Below are positions 51,535 to 64,000 of a stretch of DNA of 64,000 nucleotides, piece by piece; within the stretch, counting starts at the first letter, position 1, and each line of letters begins with the position of its first letter. The stretch comes from Azolla caroliniana (Eukaryota > Plantae > Polypodiophyta). The stretch covers positions 13,454,001 through 13,518,000 of the forward strand of contig JBHGNT010000006.1 of assembly GCA_043228905.1 (NCBI GenBank). The letters are read 5' to 3'. A program made the position numbers and the translations under genes. The notes beneath the pieces were generated by a model that made no database searches, was not told where the DNA came from, and worked only from the letters and a program-made list of their open reading frames with translations.

Positions 51535-52727
51535 TGATCTTGCAAGGTACGGCTATATATCAAAATATCATCCAAGAAGACAACAACAAAATCACCGAGT
51601 TAATCTCGGAAAACGTCATTCATCGCTTGTTGGAATGTGATTGGAGCATTAGTCAACCCGAAAGGCATGACTAAAACTCATAATGACCATAGCGCGTACG
51701 AAAAGAGGTTTTAGGAATATCATCCTCGGCAATGCGAATCTGATGATAACCTGTTCGTAAGTCAATTTTCGTAAAATATCAGGCCCTATGCAAATGATCA
51801 ATCAAATCATCGGCACGAGGTAACAAATATGCATTTTTAATTGTCATTTTATTGAAACGGCGATAATTGATACACATTCACCATGAACCTTCCTTCTTCT
51901 TAACTAATAGAACTAGCGCACCCCAAGGTGATTTACTATACCTAATGTGGCTCATACTCAAGTATTCCTTAAGTTGTTTAGCAATCTCATCCTCTTCTAA
52001 TCGACTAAGTCGGTAAGGTGGAATGCTCACAGGAGCAGCACCAGAGATGAGTTCAATTTGATGGTCCACATTACGTTTTGGTGGTAAAGTAAGCAGCAAT
52101 TGGTTAGGAAACACGTCTTGAAATCATCTAAAATAGAGTCGAATAATCGTTGTTCATAATGTGGTAATGGTGTGGCGTCAATATTAAAATAATAAAATTG
52201 AAGCGCAGGATCAATTACACACGAATAAATTAATGAACTAGAATACTCACTTAAAGATTTAGAAGACACAAGCAAACGAGAAGGAAGTTTGGAACATTGA
52301 ATAAAATGCTTACAATTCTTAAGTTCAAATGTGATTGAGTGATTAACCCAATTAATGGACAAAGAAGGGTTTTTATTAAAAAACCAAGGGTATCCTAAAA
52401 TGACATCTGCGGATTGTAGTTTCATAACATGAAAGTCAAGCTTCTCCAAATAGGTATCTATTTGAATTGGCAGTTAACAAACAATGCCACTAATGTATTG
52501 AAGGCTTCCATTTGCCATGTGAACTTGATAGATATGATCACTTGCGTTTATGTGGAGTTCCATTTGATGCACAAAGTGATCATTAAGAAAATTGTGAGAA
52601 CTACCAGAATCAAACAAGAAATGTGCTTGTGTTCCATTGATATACCCGACTGCTCGGAGTAAATCATTAGGTCCAAGTAAATGTGAAGGAAAAGTGCATT
52701 CACATGAACTTAGGTGGTTGGTATGAA
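51535..52727 (-). mobile_element. Ty3/gypsy protease-RT fragment
   Basis: LFDSGSSHNF; LPPKRNVDHQIEL..PPYRL..SPWGALVLLVKKKEGSW; cut by the copia on the left and the hAT on the right. Confidence 0.85.
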
Positions 52728-54129
52728 TAGCAATGGGCACGGTTTTGGCTCAAACCAAACCGAACCATTAAACCCTGGCTTAACGGTTTATCGGTTCAAA
52801 TATAAATAGACAGTTTGGTTTGGTTTATAAAGTGTTAGGTCGTTTTGGTGTTGGTTTGGTTTGGTTTTAAACTTGACGGTTTATCGGTTTATGCGGTTTA
52901 TCAGTTCCTTATATATGTGGTTCGGTTTATAGGTTTATAGGTTCATACATACCCCTAGCCCTTGGGCCCTAATTTTTCACACCAGTCTCTAAGTCCCCAC
53001 TTTTCAGTGCTCATTTTCAACTTTTAATTTTAAAAATTAAACCTCATCCCTCGGGCCTCTGTCACGAGTCACGACTCACCGACTCATCTGTGCAAGAAGT
53101 TCGAAAAGGAAGTGCACTGTGTAGGCGGCAACAAGCTAATAGGCTACAACCACTTCATCCCTCTTCCTATCATTTTATCTTCCTCACGTATCATACCTCC
53201 ATACTCCATTCCACTCTTCTACCTCAACCTCTTACAGCTGCTACTATAACACAGGTATGGATCAAACACCCTCTCTCTCACACATAGGTTTTGTATCTTG
53301 GTAAATTGTAATATTCAAGAATATTATTATTGAAGAAGGAAACAATGAATTTGAATGATTTCCTTGTGATATGCTGGGATGGATGTATATTTTGTACTCA
53401 ATACTACCTGAGATACACTTTGATTTGTTAGCTTTTCGTGAGCTTGTGTGTACATATCCATGATGTGATCCTTTACTCTTTCTGAAGAACCACTTGCTTC
53501 TAGAAAGATTCCCAAGGTAAACTTGATATAGATGAGGACGGTGAGCACTTTGTATAGTATACTGATTGGGCCAAAACCTTGATAGAATTAGAGCATTAGA
53601 TTAGAGTGAATTGGCTCGTACAGTTCATTATTGGCGGAGATAGAGTTTCGTCATATCAGCATTCAGTTTGAATGTTTTGCGGTTGATGGAATTTGATTAG
53701 GGCTCAATCAGATATGATTAGATCTGCATGAAATGTGGCCTTCTGAGAATAAAGATGAACTGGTGACATTGATGGGATTGTCTCAAAATTGTATGGCATA
53801 TTGCCCAAGTAAAGGATAATTTTGATAATTTCCACTTTATTGAAAATTATTCGATTTCTTCTAACGTTCAATTGTTCCTTTTTTTCTGCACAATTTGCAT
53901 TGACGTGCATAACTACCCTAGACATTTTAGATGACCATGTATGCTAGACTTGACATCATACTGAATTGATGCAGTGTTTTGTTGCAACTCGCTTTTATTT
54001 TTCTAGAGAATTTACTTATTTAGGATGACCACAGAAACTACGTTGGGCATATCAAATATCACATAGCACATGTACAACAAACATCTCGTGAATTCAACAT
54101 CAACTTACGAAGCATCTTCATTTACTTTC

Positions 54130-54239
54130 TAAACACAAGAATATTGCAGCTTCCAGGTGTCTTCAAGAAAGCTAATCCACGTCCCAATAACAGAAGCCTC
54201 GACATTTTGATTTGCAATTAACCTTGTTAGCTCTTCCTC
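54130..54239 (-). pseudogene. Probable captured host-gene exon fragment inside the hAT 5' region
   Basis: Acceptor TTTTTACTGTCTTAG followed by EEELTRLIANQNVEASVIGTWISFLEDTWKLQ, which resembles, from memory, a conserved plant coiled-coil protein. Confidence 0.45.
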
Positions 54240-54549
54240 CTAAGACAGTAAAAAATATACATTCATTCACCAAGTAATTCTAGAAAGAGAAAAAGGAAAC
54301 AATGTCTGCATCTATATAACAGATTAGATAATGATGCTCTTTGTAACAATTGGATGGAGAAGCACTTGAAGCTTCATGAAGAAGTTTCATTGTGAAAGCA
54401 GGTCCAAGACAGGAAAATTCCCAAAAATCCCAATGTTTGTAGGTATCTCAGAGCAGAAAAAACCACATTACCAAAGTATATCCAGATTCAATCCAAAAAC
54501 TCCTTCACATTTTCCCTTTGATGCCCAGGATTCTTTCAGGTGGTTACCT

Positions 54550-54745
54550 TTACATAAAAGTCTGTGTTTATGACACTAGGCTAGAACTACGCAGGCATGC
54601 TTTCTTTGCTCAATCAGTGTTGGGAGAAGATAACGATGTCTTCAAGAAACACCACAATGAATAGATCAATGTATTCTCAAAAAACGTTGTTCATCATGTG
54701 TTGCAAGACCGCCTGGGCATTCGTGCAGCCCAACAACATCATTAA
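54550..54745 (-). pseudogene. Highly eroded gypsy RT fragment inside the hAT
   Basis: GCTNAQAVLQHMMNNVF*EYIDLFIVVFLEDIVIFS parallels [18 protein letters not shown]...VYLDDILIYS. Confidence 0.7.
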
Positions 54746-56902
54746 ATGATATCACTGCGTGCTTGAGATGGTATTCAATAACTGTTACACTTAATGTGTA
54801 TCCTATGAAAGCTGAACAAAAAAATAGGACCAAGCGCAAGGGGCAATTGCTTGATACCATAGATGTAGGATAGGCCACAAAAAGGCTGATTTCAGGTACT
54901 TTAAAAAAAACATTGTGCATAGAATCCCAATATGCGGATGTGAAAGAGATAAGTTTCCAAGATAAAAATAGCTCTAAAGGCAAAGAAAGGCCATCTCTAA
55001 ATGGATATGTTCATCCATTTGTTTTATGCTGACTTGTTTGGTTGTGTTACAAGTTACAACTTAAATGGATATGTTCATCCATTTGTTTTATGCTTCTTTC
55101 TTCAAGCTTCGATAACTCTATTTTTGGTAAATATATCAGTTTTGTATTTTATTTGTTTACCTTTTTATGTACGAGTGCGTTGTCTGCTAGTCTCAAAAAG
55201 CATGTTCAAGTTTTTTTGTGCTCCATTCTTTGATTTTCTTGTCTCATATAATATGGCAATTAACCAAAAGTGAAGAAATTGGCAATTGTTTGTACCTATC
55301 TTTGTTTTAGGTAACTGCCAGAACCTGTTTGTACCCTCTTTTCATGGTATGAATCACTGAATCCTCCATTATCAAAATTGCAAACAAATCAATCACCTCA
55401 TCAGGAATTACCAGGCTAACAATAAACGCTAATAGTGATGCTAATATCTTCCTCGTTAATTCTTGTATAGCATGTATATAATTTAACAGAAACCCATTTA
55501 ATGAAGATCCTAGAAAATTCAAAGATAACCAAGCTCAATTACACAGCTTTTTAGTGAAACCTACTTGGGCTATGTTTTCTGTTATCATTTGGGAATTAGC
55601 AAGGCCATTGCTTCCAGCAAACAATATTTAGGAACATTTTACCACATGCTTGGTAAGTAGGCTCAATCTTTTGATGCTTGATGACCTTCATGTGCTGATT
55701 AAACCAGAAAATTCTGTGGGTGAGTTTTTAGTAATCTAATTCAATTCTATATAACGTTTTATAGAAAAGAAGGAACTATATGTGCTATTTGAGTGATTGA
55801 TATGTGTTGATTGAGTTTTATAGGAACAACATTAAATGGAATCATCATCTCAAACTCATGCAACAATGGAGTCATCGTCAGTTAATGTTAGCCATGGGCC
55901 AACAACTACAAGCAGCTCAAGAAAAAGGCAACGAACATCATGGATAGATGCTCACATCATATCATATATGGATAATGGCACACCTCGACGACGATGCCAT
56001 CACTGTGTTGTTTGTTGGCCTCTGCTAAAGAATCTCGTGTTTTAGAGAATAAAATTGATGCTGCCATCACAAAGTATATTCTGATGGGAATATTGCCCCA
56101 TGCACATGTGGAGTCACTTGAATTTAAGGAGTTCATACATCAAATTGTGTCTGGATATCAAGTGAAGACAAGGCGCACGATTAAACGTTGTCGTGAAGAT
56201 TTTCGTCCACAAGCGGAAACCCGAGCAACGAGAGCCAAAGAGCGATGTGCAACGTTGCACACGTACATAATGTATTTGTAATAATAATAGGGGAAAAGGG
56301 TATGGTGCTAGAAATGCCCCATAAGATCCCTAAGGTATAAAGGTGATGTGGTCTTGTGCACACATCCACGCAAGAGAGAGAGAGAGGTACTATGCGGTAC
56401 ATAGGTACCTAGTTGTTTGTGAGGAGGTGGGAGTTAAGGGGTGCCATCAATCTCACCCTCCCCAAATCAAGGCAAATATCCCCTTTGAATGAAAGGGGAT
56501 ATTTTAGTCTCGTTTTTGTAAACGGTCTTCCCTCCTTGTGCTATAAAAGGAGAGGGAAGGCACCATTGTGAGGGTTGCCTATTTTGAGTGTGCGAGGTAT
56601 ACCACATAGGTCGAGCGTTAGGGTTAGGGTCAGGGTTTCGAGTAGTCGTTTGGTGCGGCCTACGCGGCCACCATTTTTGTAATCGTTCATCTCGTTTTAA
56701 TACATCTTGTTGTTCATCTTGTCTCCATCTTCCTCTTGTTCATTCTTCTTCTTCTTGAGCAAAGCTTCCATTCCGTGTCTGATTCCTTCTCCTCTACTCC
56801 TTAGTCCAAGACCCCCGTGGTCCCGCCCTTCTCCACGCACGCGCGTAGCAACGCGACATATTTGGTGAACCCGACGTGAAGAGGCGGCAAGGGAGGAAGG
56901 AG

Positions 56903-59900
56903 ATGGAAGCCGGAGACATCGCGGAAGTAATTACGAGAATGGCAAGGGATTTCGCAAGAAGGAGAGAAAGACAAGAAGAGGCGTACAAGTACGATCGACG
57001 TGAGTTCGATCTATGGGTGCCGTCGGCAAAGGCTCCTCGAAGCGCAGTGAAGGCATTCCGGGAGTTCGATCTCCGGTTTTCCCAACTTTCGGTCCGGGAT
57101 CAAGAATCGGTGGGGGCGGACAAGGTCCCACTATTCTTGAAGTCGGTCAACGAAAGGGGAAGAATGGCCATTTTTCCCTACCTCGAAGACGATGAAGGGG
57201 CATACGGCCTCACCGAAGATTGGAACGAGGTGGAATGGGCATGCATACAATGCGATGAGAGGTGGTCGGCCACAACGCGGCCCGCGAGCGGCGGAGAAGA
57301 GAGAGCGGCGACCGACTACGCACTAGCGCCGGAAGAGAGCTCAACGCAAATCGGTTCGGAGGAGCTCGACATCGAAGCCTTGGTGCGGGAAGCGTACGAG
57401 ATCGTAGAGGCACAAATCGAAGCCGAAGAAGGGCTTATTGCGGAGTCGGGCCCGAGCGGATCGGAGGATGACGTGGCCGAAAGAGAATGGTGATGAGGTA
57501 TAGACACGTAAGAGTGTAACACGCGTCACGTTTTATGCTCGATTATAATGAAAAAGAAACACAAGAAACACACACAATGGCACAACAAAGATTACACAAG
57601 ATTTAACGTGGAAAAACCCTCAATGAGGGAAACAACCATGGGACAAAAGTCCAAAACCAATCCACTATCACCAAAGAGATACAACACAAGTACAAATTCT
57701 ACTTCTAGATAAACTAGAAATAAGTAGAGATGTGTAGCATAGTACTACCGACAAAGATGGTACAATAATCCAAAGGGATAAGATTATGTCTCAAGCATAT
57801 AAGAGAAAAGAAGAGAGAAGAAAACCCGGATAAGAACGTCCACAAGTCGAAGTAGTAGCCGCGTAGATCTCACGTTGAGTAGTGGAGATGGAAAGGAGAT
57901 TGGGAGTAGATGAGTTGAGCACCAAGCTTCACCAAGCTTCACCAAGCTTCACTATGCTTCTCTATGCTTCGCTATGCTTCACTATGCTTCACACTCCTCA
58001 TACCTTTCTTTTTTTTCTCACCTCTTCCCATATATATATATATATATCTCCTTTCCACCCTCTCTTCTCTTTGTCTCTCTCAAAAACAAAAACGGTCGTT
58101 TTGTTTTGTTTTCCTCTTTATTATTATTATTATTATTTTTCTTTTCTTTCTTTATTCACTAAAAAACGTAACTTACATTTACCCTTTTAAAGAAATAAAG
58201 TAAGGGTAATAATTACTAAAGAAACAAAACTTTCGTTTTGTTTTATATTACTATCTAATAATAATAATAATAAATATTATTAAAAAAGAAAAGACAAAAT
58301 AGTGACCGGATACATTAACAAATGGTACATCGGTACCATGGGAGAGGGTGCGGAGCGAGCCACCCTCTCGACAGGCGGAGAAAGATCGACCGAGGACGAG
58401 GTCGGGGACGGTGAGGCGGCGATTGCCGATTCGAGCGGACATGAGGGAATTCGGGCATGGAGGCCCGAAACATCGAGCGGGGAGGAGACAAGCGGCGGTG
58501 CCGCGACCTTACACACACCGGCCCTAGAGGCATCGGCGGTCGGCCCGATTGCCGACGTGAGACCTAGAGCGACGGGCGGTAAGGCGGTAAGGCGGTAAGG
58601 CGGGCAACCGAGGCAACGGTATGGAGACCGTGGAAGAGGAGGCGGCAAGCATAATTGATGCTTGCATATACGGAGGCGGGGTAGCCACGGACGAAGATGT
58701 CCGAATGGAGGAGGCTACGGGCATAGCATCGACGAGCGGTGGCGTTGCTACCTTACGCGCACCGGTTCAAGAGACCCCGGCGGCCGGCCCGAGTGCCCAC
58801 GTGAGACCTAGGGTAACGAACGGTGGCGGCGACAAGGCGGACGACCACGGCGACGGTGTGGGAGAGGGTGCGGAGCGAGCGACCCTCTCAACTTGTGGAA
58901 AGAGGAAGGCCATGGATGAGGCCGATATCTACGGAGCAATGGACGCCACTTCGAGAGTGGGCGAAAGTTTCGGGACGCGGTTGCCCGAAATGTTCTACGA
59001 GGATATCGCGAGCATACTCGAGGCTTGCGAAATCGAGGAAGAAGAGGAGACGAGCGGCGGTGCCGCGACCTTCCACACACCGGTCCTAGACACTCCGGCA
59101 ACCGGCCCGAGAGCCGGTGTGAGACCTAGAGAGACGAACGGTGACGACGGCAAGGCGGGCAACCGAAATGACGAAGACGAGGGTTGTAGCGGATGGAGGC
59201 GAGATCCCTCGACACCGGGGCCGGAGACTTCGGCAGTTGCACCCGAGCGCGGACAAAAGATCGGAGAGATGGGCGGTGGCCGTGAGGATGAGAGGCCCGG
59301 AGTGGGCACGTGCAAAAAGACCGAAGGAGAGGTCCGGAGCGGCATCGAGGAGCGAGTCGGGAACCGACCCGACCGAAAGATGAGCCGGTCGGTAATCCGA
59401 CCCGATCGGGAGGCGGAGCGGAAGAAGGGTGAAGCGGGGTCCGGTCAACCGGGCCCAAACCGAAGAAGAACCGGCAAGGCCGGATTTGCGCGGACAAACA
59501 TGTACCGGCCGGTTACGATTACGGAAGGGAGCCGACCAAACCGGAACTCGATCGGCCGAGACCGATCCGGGCGAAGGCTAAGTCGGCATGATTGGAGATC
59601 GGGGAGGACGAGTCACAACACGCGACAAGAGCCGGTGAGCGTATTGAGGAGGCCTAGTGGGCACGGTGATCACGGCTTGCTAGAAGACCGAGAGCGAGAG
59701 GGACCTTCCACACCCATTCTAGAGACTTTGGCGGTTGCGGATCAACGTGAGACCGGAGAGACGGCGGGTGGCGGCGAGGAGTCGAAGGCCGAAGCGGACA
59801 AAGTTATCGGAGCGAGTATCCGGTATGAGATGATGGACGAGCGGGTCCAAGATGGCGAGCCCGGGTCGGAGCGAGCTACGGTGACAAAGGAAGAAGTGGC

Positions 59901-60693
59901 CGACACGGAGGTCGGGTCTACGGCGGATGAAGGGCGTAACACGAAGCATGCATTACGGTTAGTGAAGGGCCCAAGAACGAGCATGCATCCGAGAGAGCGT
60001 CAACGAGTGACCGGAAACGGTGGACCGATTAAGCCTTTGAGAGGCGAGGACTCGGTGGTGGACCGAGAGTGGGAGGAACCCTCCACACCTACCCGTGAGG
60101 CATCAGCGGTTGCGGATCGAAAGGAGAACGAAGAAACGGTGGGTGGAGGCGAGGAGTTGGAGACCGACGCGGAGGTCGGGTCTACTGCGGATGAAGCGCG
60201 ACATGAGACGCATGCAATACGGTCGGTGGAGGGCCAAGACACAAGCATGCATACGGCGGATGGGCGACAACGATTGACAAACGATGACGGTCGGGTCAAG
60301 ACTTCGAGAGGCAAGCACGGGACGAAGGACGGCGCGGCAAAACACCAAGACCGACGACATGGGCCGAACACGATCGGCATGAGCGGAGAGTCGTGTCTTG
60401 AGAACCGAAGAAGGTGCGCGGAGAGCAACGGGCTACGCGCCGGGAAGAGGAAGCGCGGCTTCCCGGAGGGCATGCAAGGCCAAGCGAGCCAAGAGGGCGC
60501 AAGTCGAGGCAAAGCGGTAACGAGAGCCTCAAGGGACACCGACACGGAGGTCGGGATGACAATACGCTCTACTACGAGAGAGCACGGCGAAAAAGGGGAA
60601 AGCAAAAAGCACGTGATGGGGTCATCGAAGAACCGAAGCGCGAGCACGCATTCGGAGGTGCGCGGCACGCAAAGGGCGGAATCCGGCATGTGA
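56903..60693 (+). pseudogene. Gag-N-like domain fused to a long repetitive, low-complexity region; reconstructs to ~979 aa
   Basis: Removing the solo LTR plus TSD (835 bp) and two extra GGCGGTAA units (16 bp) gives a 2940-bp open frame. The N-terminus (REFDLRFSQLS..DKVPLFLKSV) resembles the gag at 33470-34050. Confidence 0.75.
57491..58320 (-). repeat. Solo LTR (copia-like) inside the young non-autonomous element
   Basis: TGATGAGG...CATTAACA flanked by perfect TSD AATGG; shares ACGTGGAAAAACCC with the other copia LTRs; short tandem repeats (CACCAAGCTT)n and (CTATGCTTC)n. Confidence 0.9.
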
Positions 60694-63600
60694 CCGGGAG
60701 CGCATCCGGAGGATATACGAGGCGGACAAAGGAAGAGCAACCGGGTCGGCGACGGCGTTCGGGAGGACCGAACGGGGAGGAAAGCATGGGCATCGGATAC
60801 GGCGGGTCAGATGTAGTCAGTGGTTCAGGGACCCACGGTGAACGTGGCGGATTGGGTGGAGGCAACGACTCGGCGAACATCGTCGAGTGTGGCGGATCGG
60901 ATGGCGCCGATGGTTCGAGACCATTCGGTGAGGATGGTGGACCGGAAGACGGCGGTGGTTCATGTGGACGGGGTGGTCTTGCTCGAAGTGGAAGACAAAA
61001 CCGGGCGAGCCCACGAGGACGCTAAGGACTCGGTCGGTCGTCGTGGCCGAAAATCTCGTGTTCTCTCCCCTATGTTTTGGCACATACCGGTGGATGTGCG
61101 GTTATGTGGGGGCGGATGTCGTGAAGATTTTCGTCCACGAGCGGAAACCCGAGCAACGAGAGCCAAAGAGCGATGTGCAACGTTGCACACGTACATAATG
61201 TATTTGTAATAATAATAGGGGAAAAGGGTATGGTGCTAGAAATGCCCCATAAGATCCCTAAGGTATAAAGGTGATGTGGTCTTGTGCACACATCCACGCA
61301 AGAGAGAGAGAGAGGTACTATGCGGTACATAGGTACCTAGTTGTTTGTGAGGAGGTGGGAGTTAAGGGGGGCCATCAATCTCACCCTCCCCAAATCAAGG
61401 CAAATATCCCCTTTGAATGAAAGGGGATATTTTAGTCTCGTTTTTGTAAACGGTCTTCCCTCCTTGTGCTATAAAAGGAGAGGGAAGGCACCATTGTGAG
61501 GGTTGCCTATTTTGAGTGTGCGAGGTATACCACATAGGTCGAGCGTTAGGGTTAGGGTCAGGGTTTCGAGTAGTCGTTTGGTGCGGCCTACGCGGCCACC
61601 ATTTTTGTAATCGTTCATCTCGTTTTAATACATCTTGTTGTTCATCTTGTCTCCATCTTCCTCTTGTTCATTCTTCTTCTTCTTGAGCAAAGCTTCCATT
61701 CCGTGTCTGATTCCTTCTCCTCTACTCCTTAGTCCAAGACCCCCGTGGTCCCGCCCTTCTCCACGCACGCGCGTAGCAACGCGACAACGTTCCATCTTAG
61801 AAATGTATGCGGTGTTGTGCCATCAAGTGATAGATTTGCTATCTAAATGCGAATCAAGATTTTCCATAACTTTTAATGGTTGGTGAAATAGTAGTCTAAA
61901 GGGCTTCTACTCGGTGACACTTCATTGGGCATGTCCTGAGACAGCAAGGTCAAGGTCAATGTTATTGGATTTTGTGCATATATTTCCAAGTGTAGGATCA
62001 AGGAAACGTTGTGCACATGCCCTCTTTCGTCGACTTCGATCCTTTAATATTTCTAATCCACTATTAGCTACAATTTTTGATGGAGCTAGTGATGCACAAG
62101 TGGCTGCAAAGGAGTTGAGGACGTTGTTACAAAATGAACATGGTAAGGAAATTTTGGCTCCGTCACATATATTACGGTGTATGGTACATACTTTTCAGTT
62201 GGGCATCAAGTCAGCATTAGAGGTTATCTCACCCTCAACAGAAAAGTTGAGAACAGTTCTCTATACTATAAGATCTAGTAAGGTTCGAGGGGAAGTATTT
62301 AGGAAGTATGCTAGGATAGCTGAACATCGTGAAAGAGAACCCCCAAGGCTTGATGTTGTTACAAGATGGAATTCTACCTTGGAAATGTTTAGGCAAGCTA
62401 TCAAGGATAGAGATGTATTGACTTTAACAGTTTCAAATTTAACAATATCAAGTGATTTCAATGGTTATGTCTTGACCGGAGAAGATTGGAGCTACATACA
62501 TGCCATGGAGGAATGGCTAGATACACCTATAGAGGTTTGTACTTTTCTAGGAGTGTCAAGATATCCCACATTATCGATAGCATCTCTAGCGTATAATTGT
62601 TTACTAAATCATTGTAATCAATTTTTGGATTCTTCACTTCTAGCATCATCTAGATTCACACAAGAGGTGCTTCAAAGCGCGTTTGAGAATTGCTTACAAT
62701 ATTTAATTAAGTATCAAGAATCGTTGAAGTCTATTCCATCTCGCATAGCAATGCTTCTTGATCCCAGGTAATGCTTACCTTTATGTCTTACAATTTTCAT
62801 CATGCTTGCTGATTTTTTATTTGGGTTTTAATTATTTTTATTCGTTACATAGATTGCATCTTCCAAATGATCATACAGAAAGAGAGTTAGATATTAAGTT
62901 GGTTGAAAGCATGATTACATCCCATTACCACTCATTCTTGAGTGATGTTGAACCATCGTTGGCTTCAACCACAATTCCTCCAAATGATAATAACTCTAAA
63001 ATTTGGAGATTAATGGGTGTAAAAAATAAAAGTCTTGTTTCTGATTCACGATCAAAAATTGAGCACTTTATAAGACTTCCTTCTGGCACAAACAAGGATC
63101 CATTACAATGGAGGAATGATAATAAATTTGCAATGCTACAACTATATAGGATGGCATGTGATTACTTCGTTTTACCGGCATCAACTATACATGCTGAAGA
63201 GGCTAATTCAGCAGCAAAAATGACCTTTGATAACGGGATCAAACTTCATTCATGCACATTCAAAGCTGAAATGTGTATTCGATCATGGATGGATGTTTTA
63301 AAAGAATCTAATGTTCAATTGACAGATAATTTTCACACTACTTATAAAGAACTAATAATGAATTTGGATGATCTTGTTAGTGAAGATGAGGTAATAGATT
63401 ACATCTTACATGATAGTCAAAGGAAAATTAAGGTTTGCATACTTTTTACTTGGTTGTTTTTTATTTGAGACTTTACTTGTTATTTTTATTACTAATTACT
63501 TACGTGTTTTATGTATTTTATATATACAGGAATCATGTTGATTCTTCACAAGTTAATGATTGTGGTGGTTGCAATTGGAGATCCTCAAAGTCAATGTAAT

Positions 63601-64000
63601 TTTTACTACATACTTTTTACTATTTTCTTTTTTATTCGATTTTTTATAAATTTTTTATTGTTAATTACTTAATTCTTTTACATATTTTATACTTTCAGGA
63701 ATCCCTAATTCTAACTTAAAGAAAAGATTGGAAATGAGAAGATGAACACTCATTTACATATATGGATTTGGAAAATGCTTCATTTGAAGTATAAACTCTA
63801 TTATATGGATTGTTATTTTTTGGTTACATATTTGGATTTAAAGTTTGAACTCTACTATATGGATTTTACTATCATTCCAAAAAATATTTATCTTTTTATG
63901 TTATATCTTATCATTTTCTAAAAATTAGTAAATCTCAGAAAATGTGGTGTGAATTTCTATTTATTTTATGATATTTGTTATTCTAGAGTATTTGGTTTGG

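Larger units (their letters stand above)
56189..61786 (+). mobile_element. Very young non-autonomous Phygy-like LTR retrotransposon without pol
   Basis: 670-bp LTRs (56189-56858, 61117-61786) with 2 differences seen by eye; 4-bp TSD ACGT; PBS TGGTGAACCCGACGTGA (56863-56879) complementary to the plant tRNA-Trp 3' end; purine tract before 61117. Confidence 0.96.
55836..63432 (+). pseudogene. hAT transposase, interrupted by an LTR element (56189-61790), with an intron at 62768-62852
   Basis: Partial BED finger RCHHC; IKR|SILEMY restored across the insertion; CMVH, TRWNS, YPTLS and LDPR motifs; C-terminal dimerisation motif DPLQW...YRMACDYFVLPAST; GT-AG intron in frame. Confidence 0.9.
52728..64000 (+). 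mobile_element. hAT-superfamily DNA transposon (right TIR beyond the window)
   Basis: Starts TAGCAATGGGCACGGTTT; dense AAACC/GGTTT subterminal repeats at 52740-52945, with similar repeats beginning at the window end; contains a transposase pseudogene. Confidence 0.85.

Noticed and set aside
54998-55095. ~33-bp direct repeat as a regulatory or mobile feature
   Set aside because: Simple local duplication in AT-rich sequence without termini or other support.
56618-56638. Telomeric repeat TTAGGGTTAGGGTCAGGG
   Set aside because: Only about three units inside an LTR; at most telo-box-like and too short to support a claim.
58621-60693. Intact 690-aa host gene
   Set aside because: It lies between paired LTRs and is the 3' part of a disrupted element ORF.

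Overview
Eukaryotic DNA made almost entirely of nested transposable elements. No intact host gene, rRNA, bona fide tRNA gene or CRISPR array is visible. The element mix suggests heterochromatin of a seed-free land plant, which is an inference. Contents: (i) Tcn1-type chromoviruses, with one structurally complete copy at 6891-12574 plus two degraded relatives; (ii) a + strand non-chromovirus Ty3/gypsy with most of pol deleted and a long 3' accessory ORF; (iii) tRNA-Trp-primed gypsy elements with 4-bp TSDs (Phygy-like), including a very young pol-less copy at 56189-61786; (iv) several Ty1/copia elements, complete at 26664-31958 and 40465-45900, plus solo LTRs; (v) a hAT DNA transposon from 52728 to beyond the window end. 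The most interesting signals are in the LTRs. Two unrelated gypsy lineages carry an antisense tRNA-like Pol III A/B-box module in U3. The chromovirus LTR also has a phased heat-shock-element array and a self-priming primer/PBS pair with a compensatory change between copies. A rearranged LTR at 4617-5339 has breakpoints exactly at that primer/PBS. A conserved -1 frameshift signal joins chromovirus gag and pol. All calls were made by eye, without database searches.
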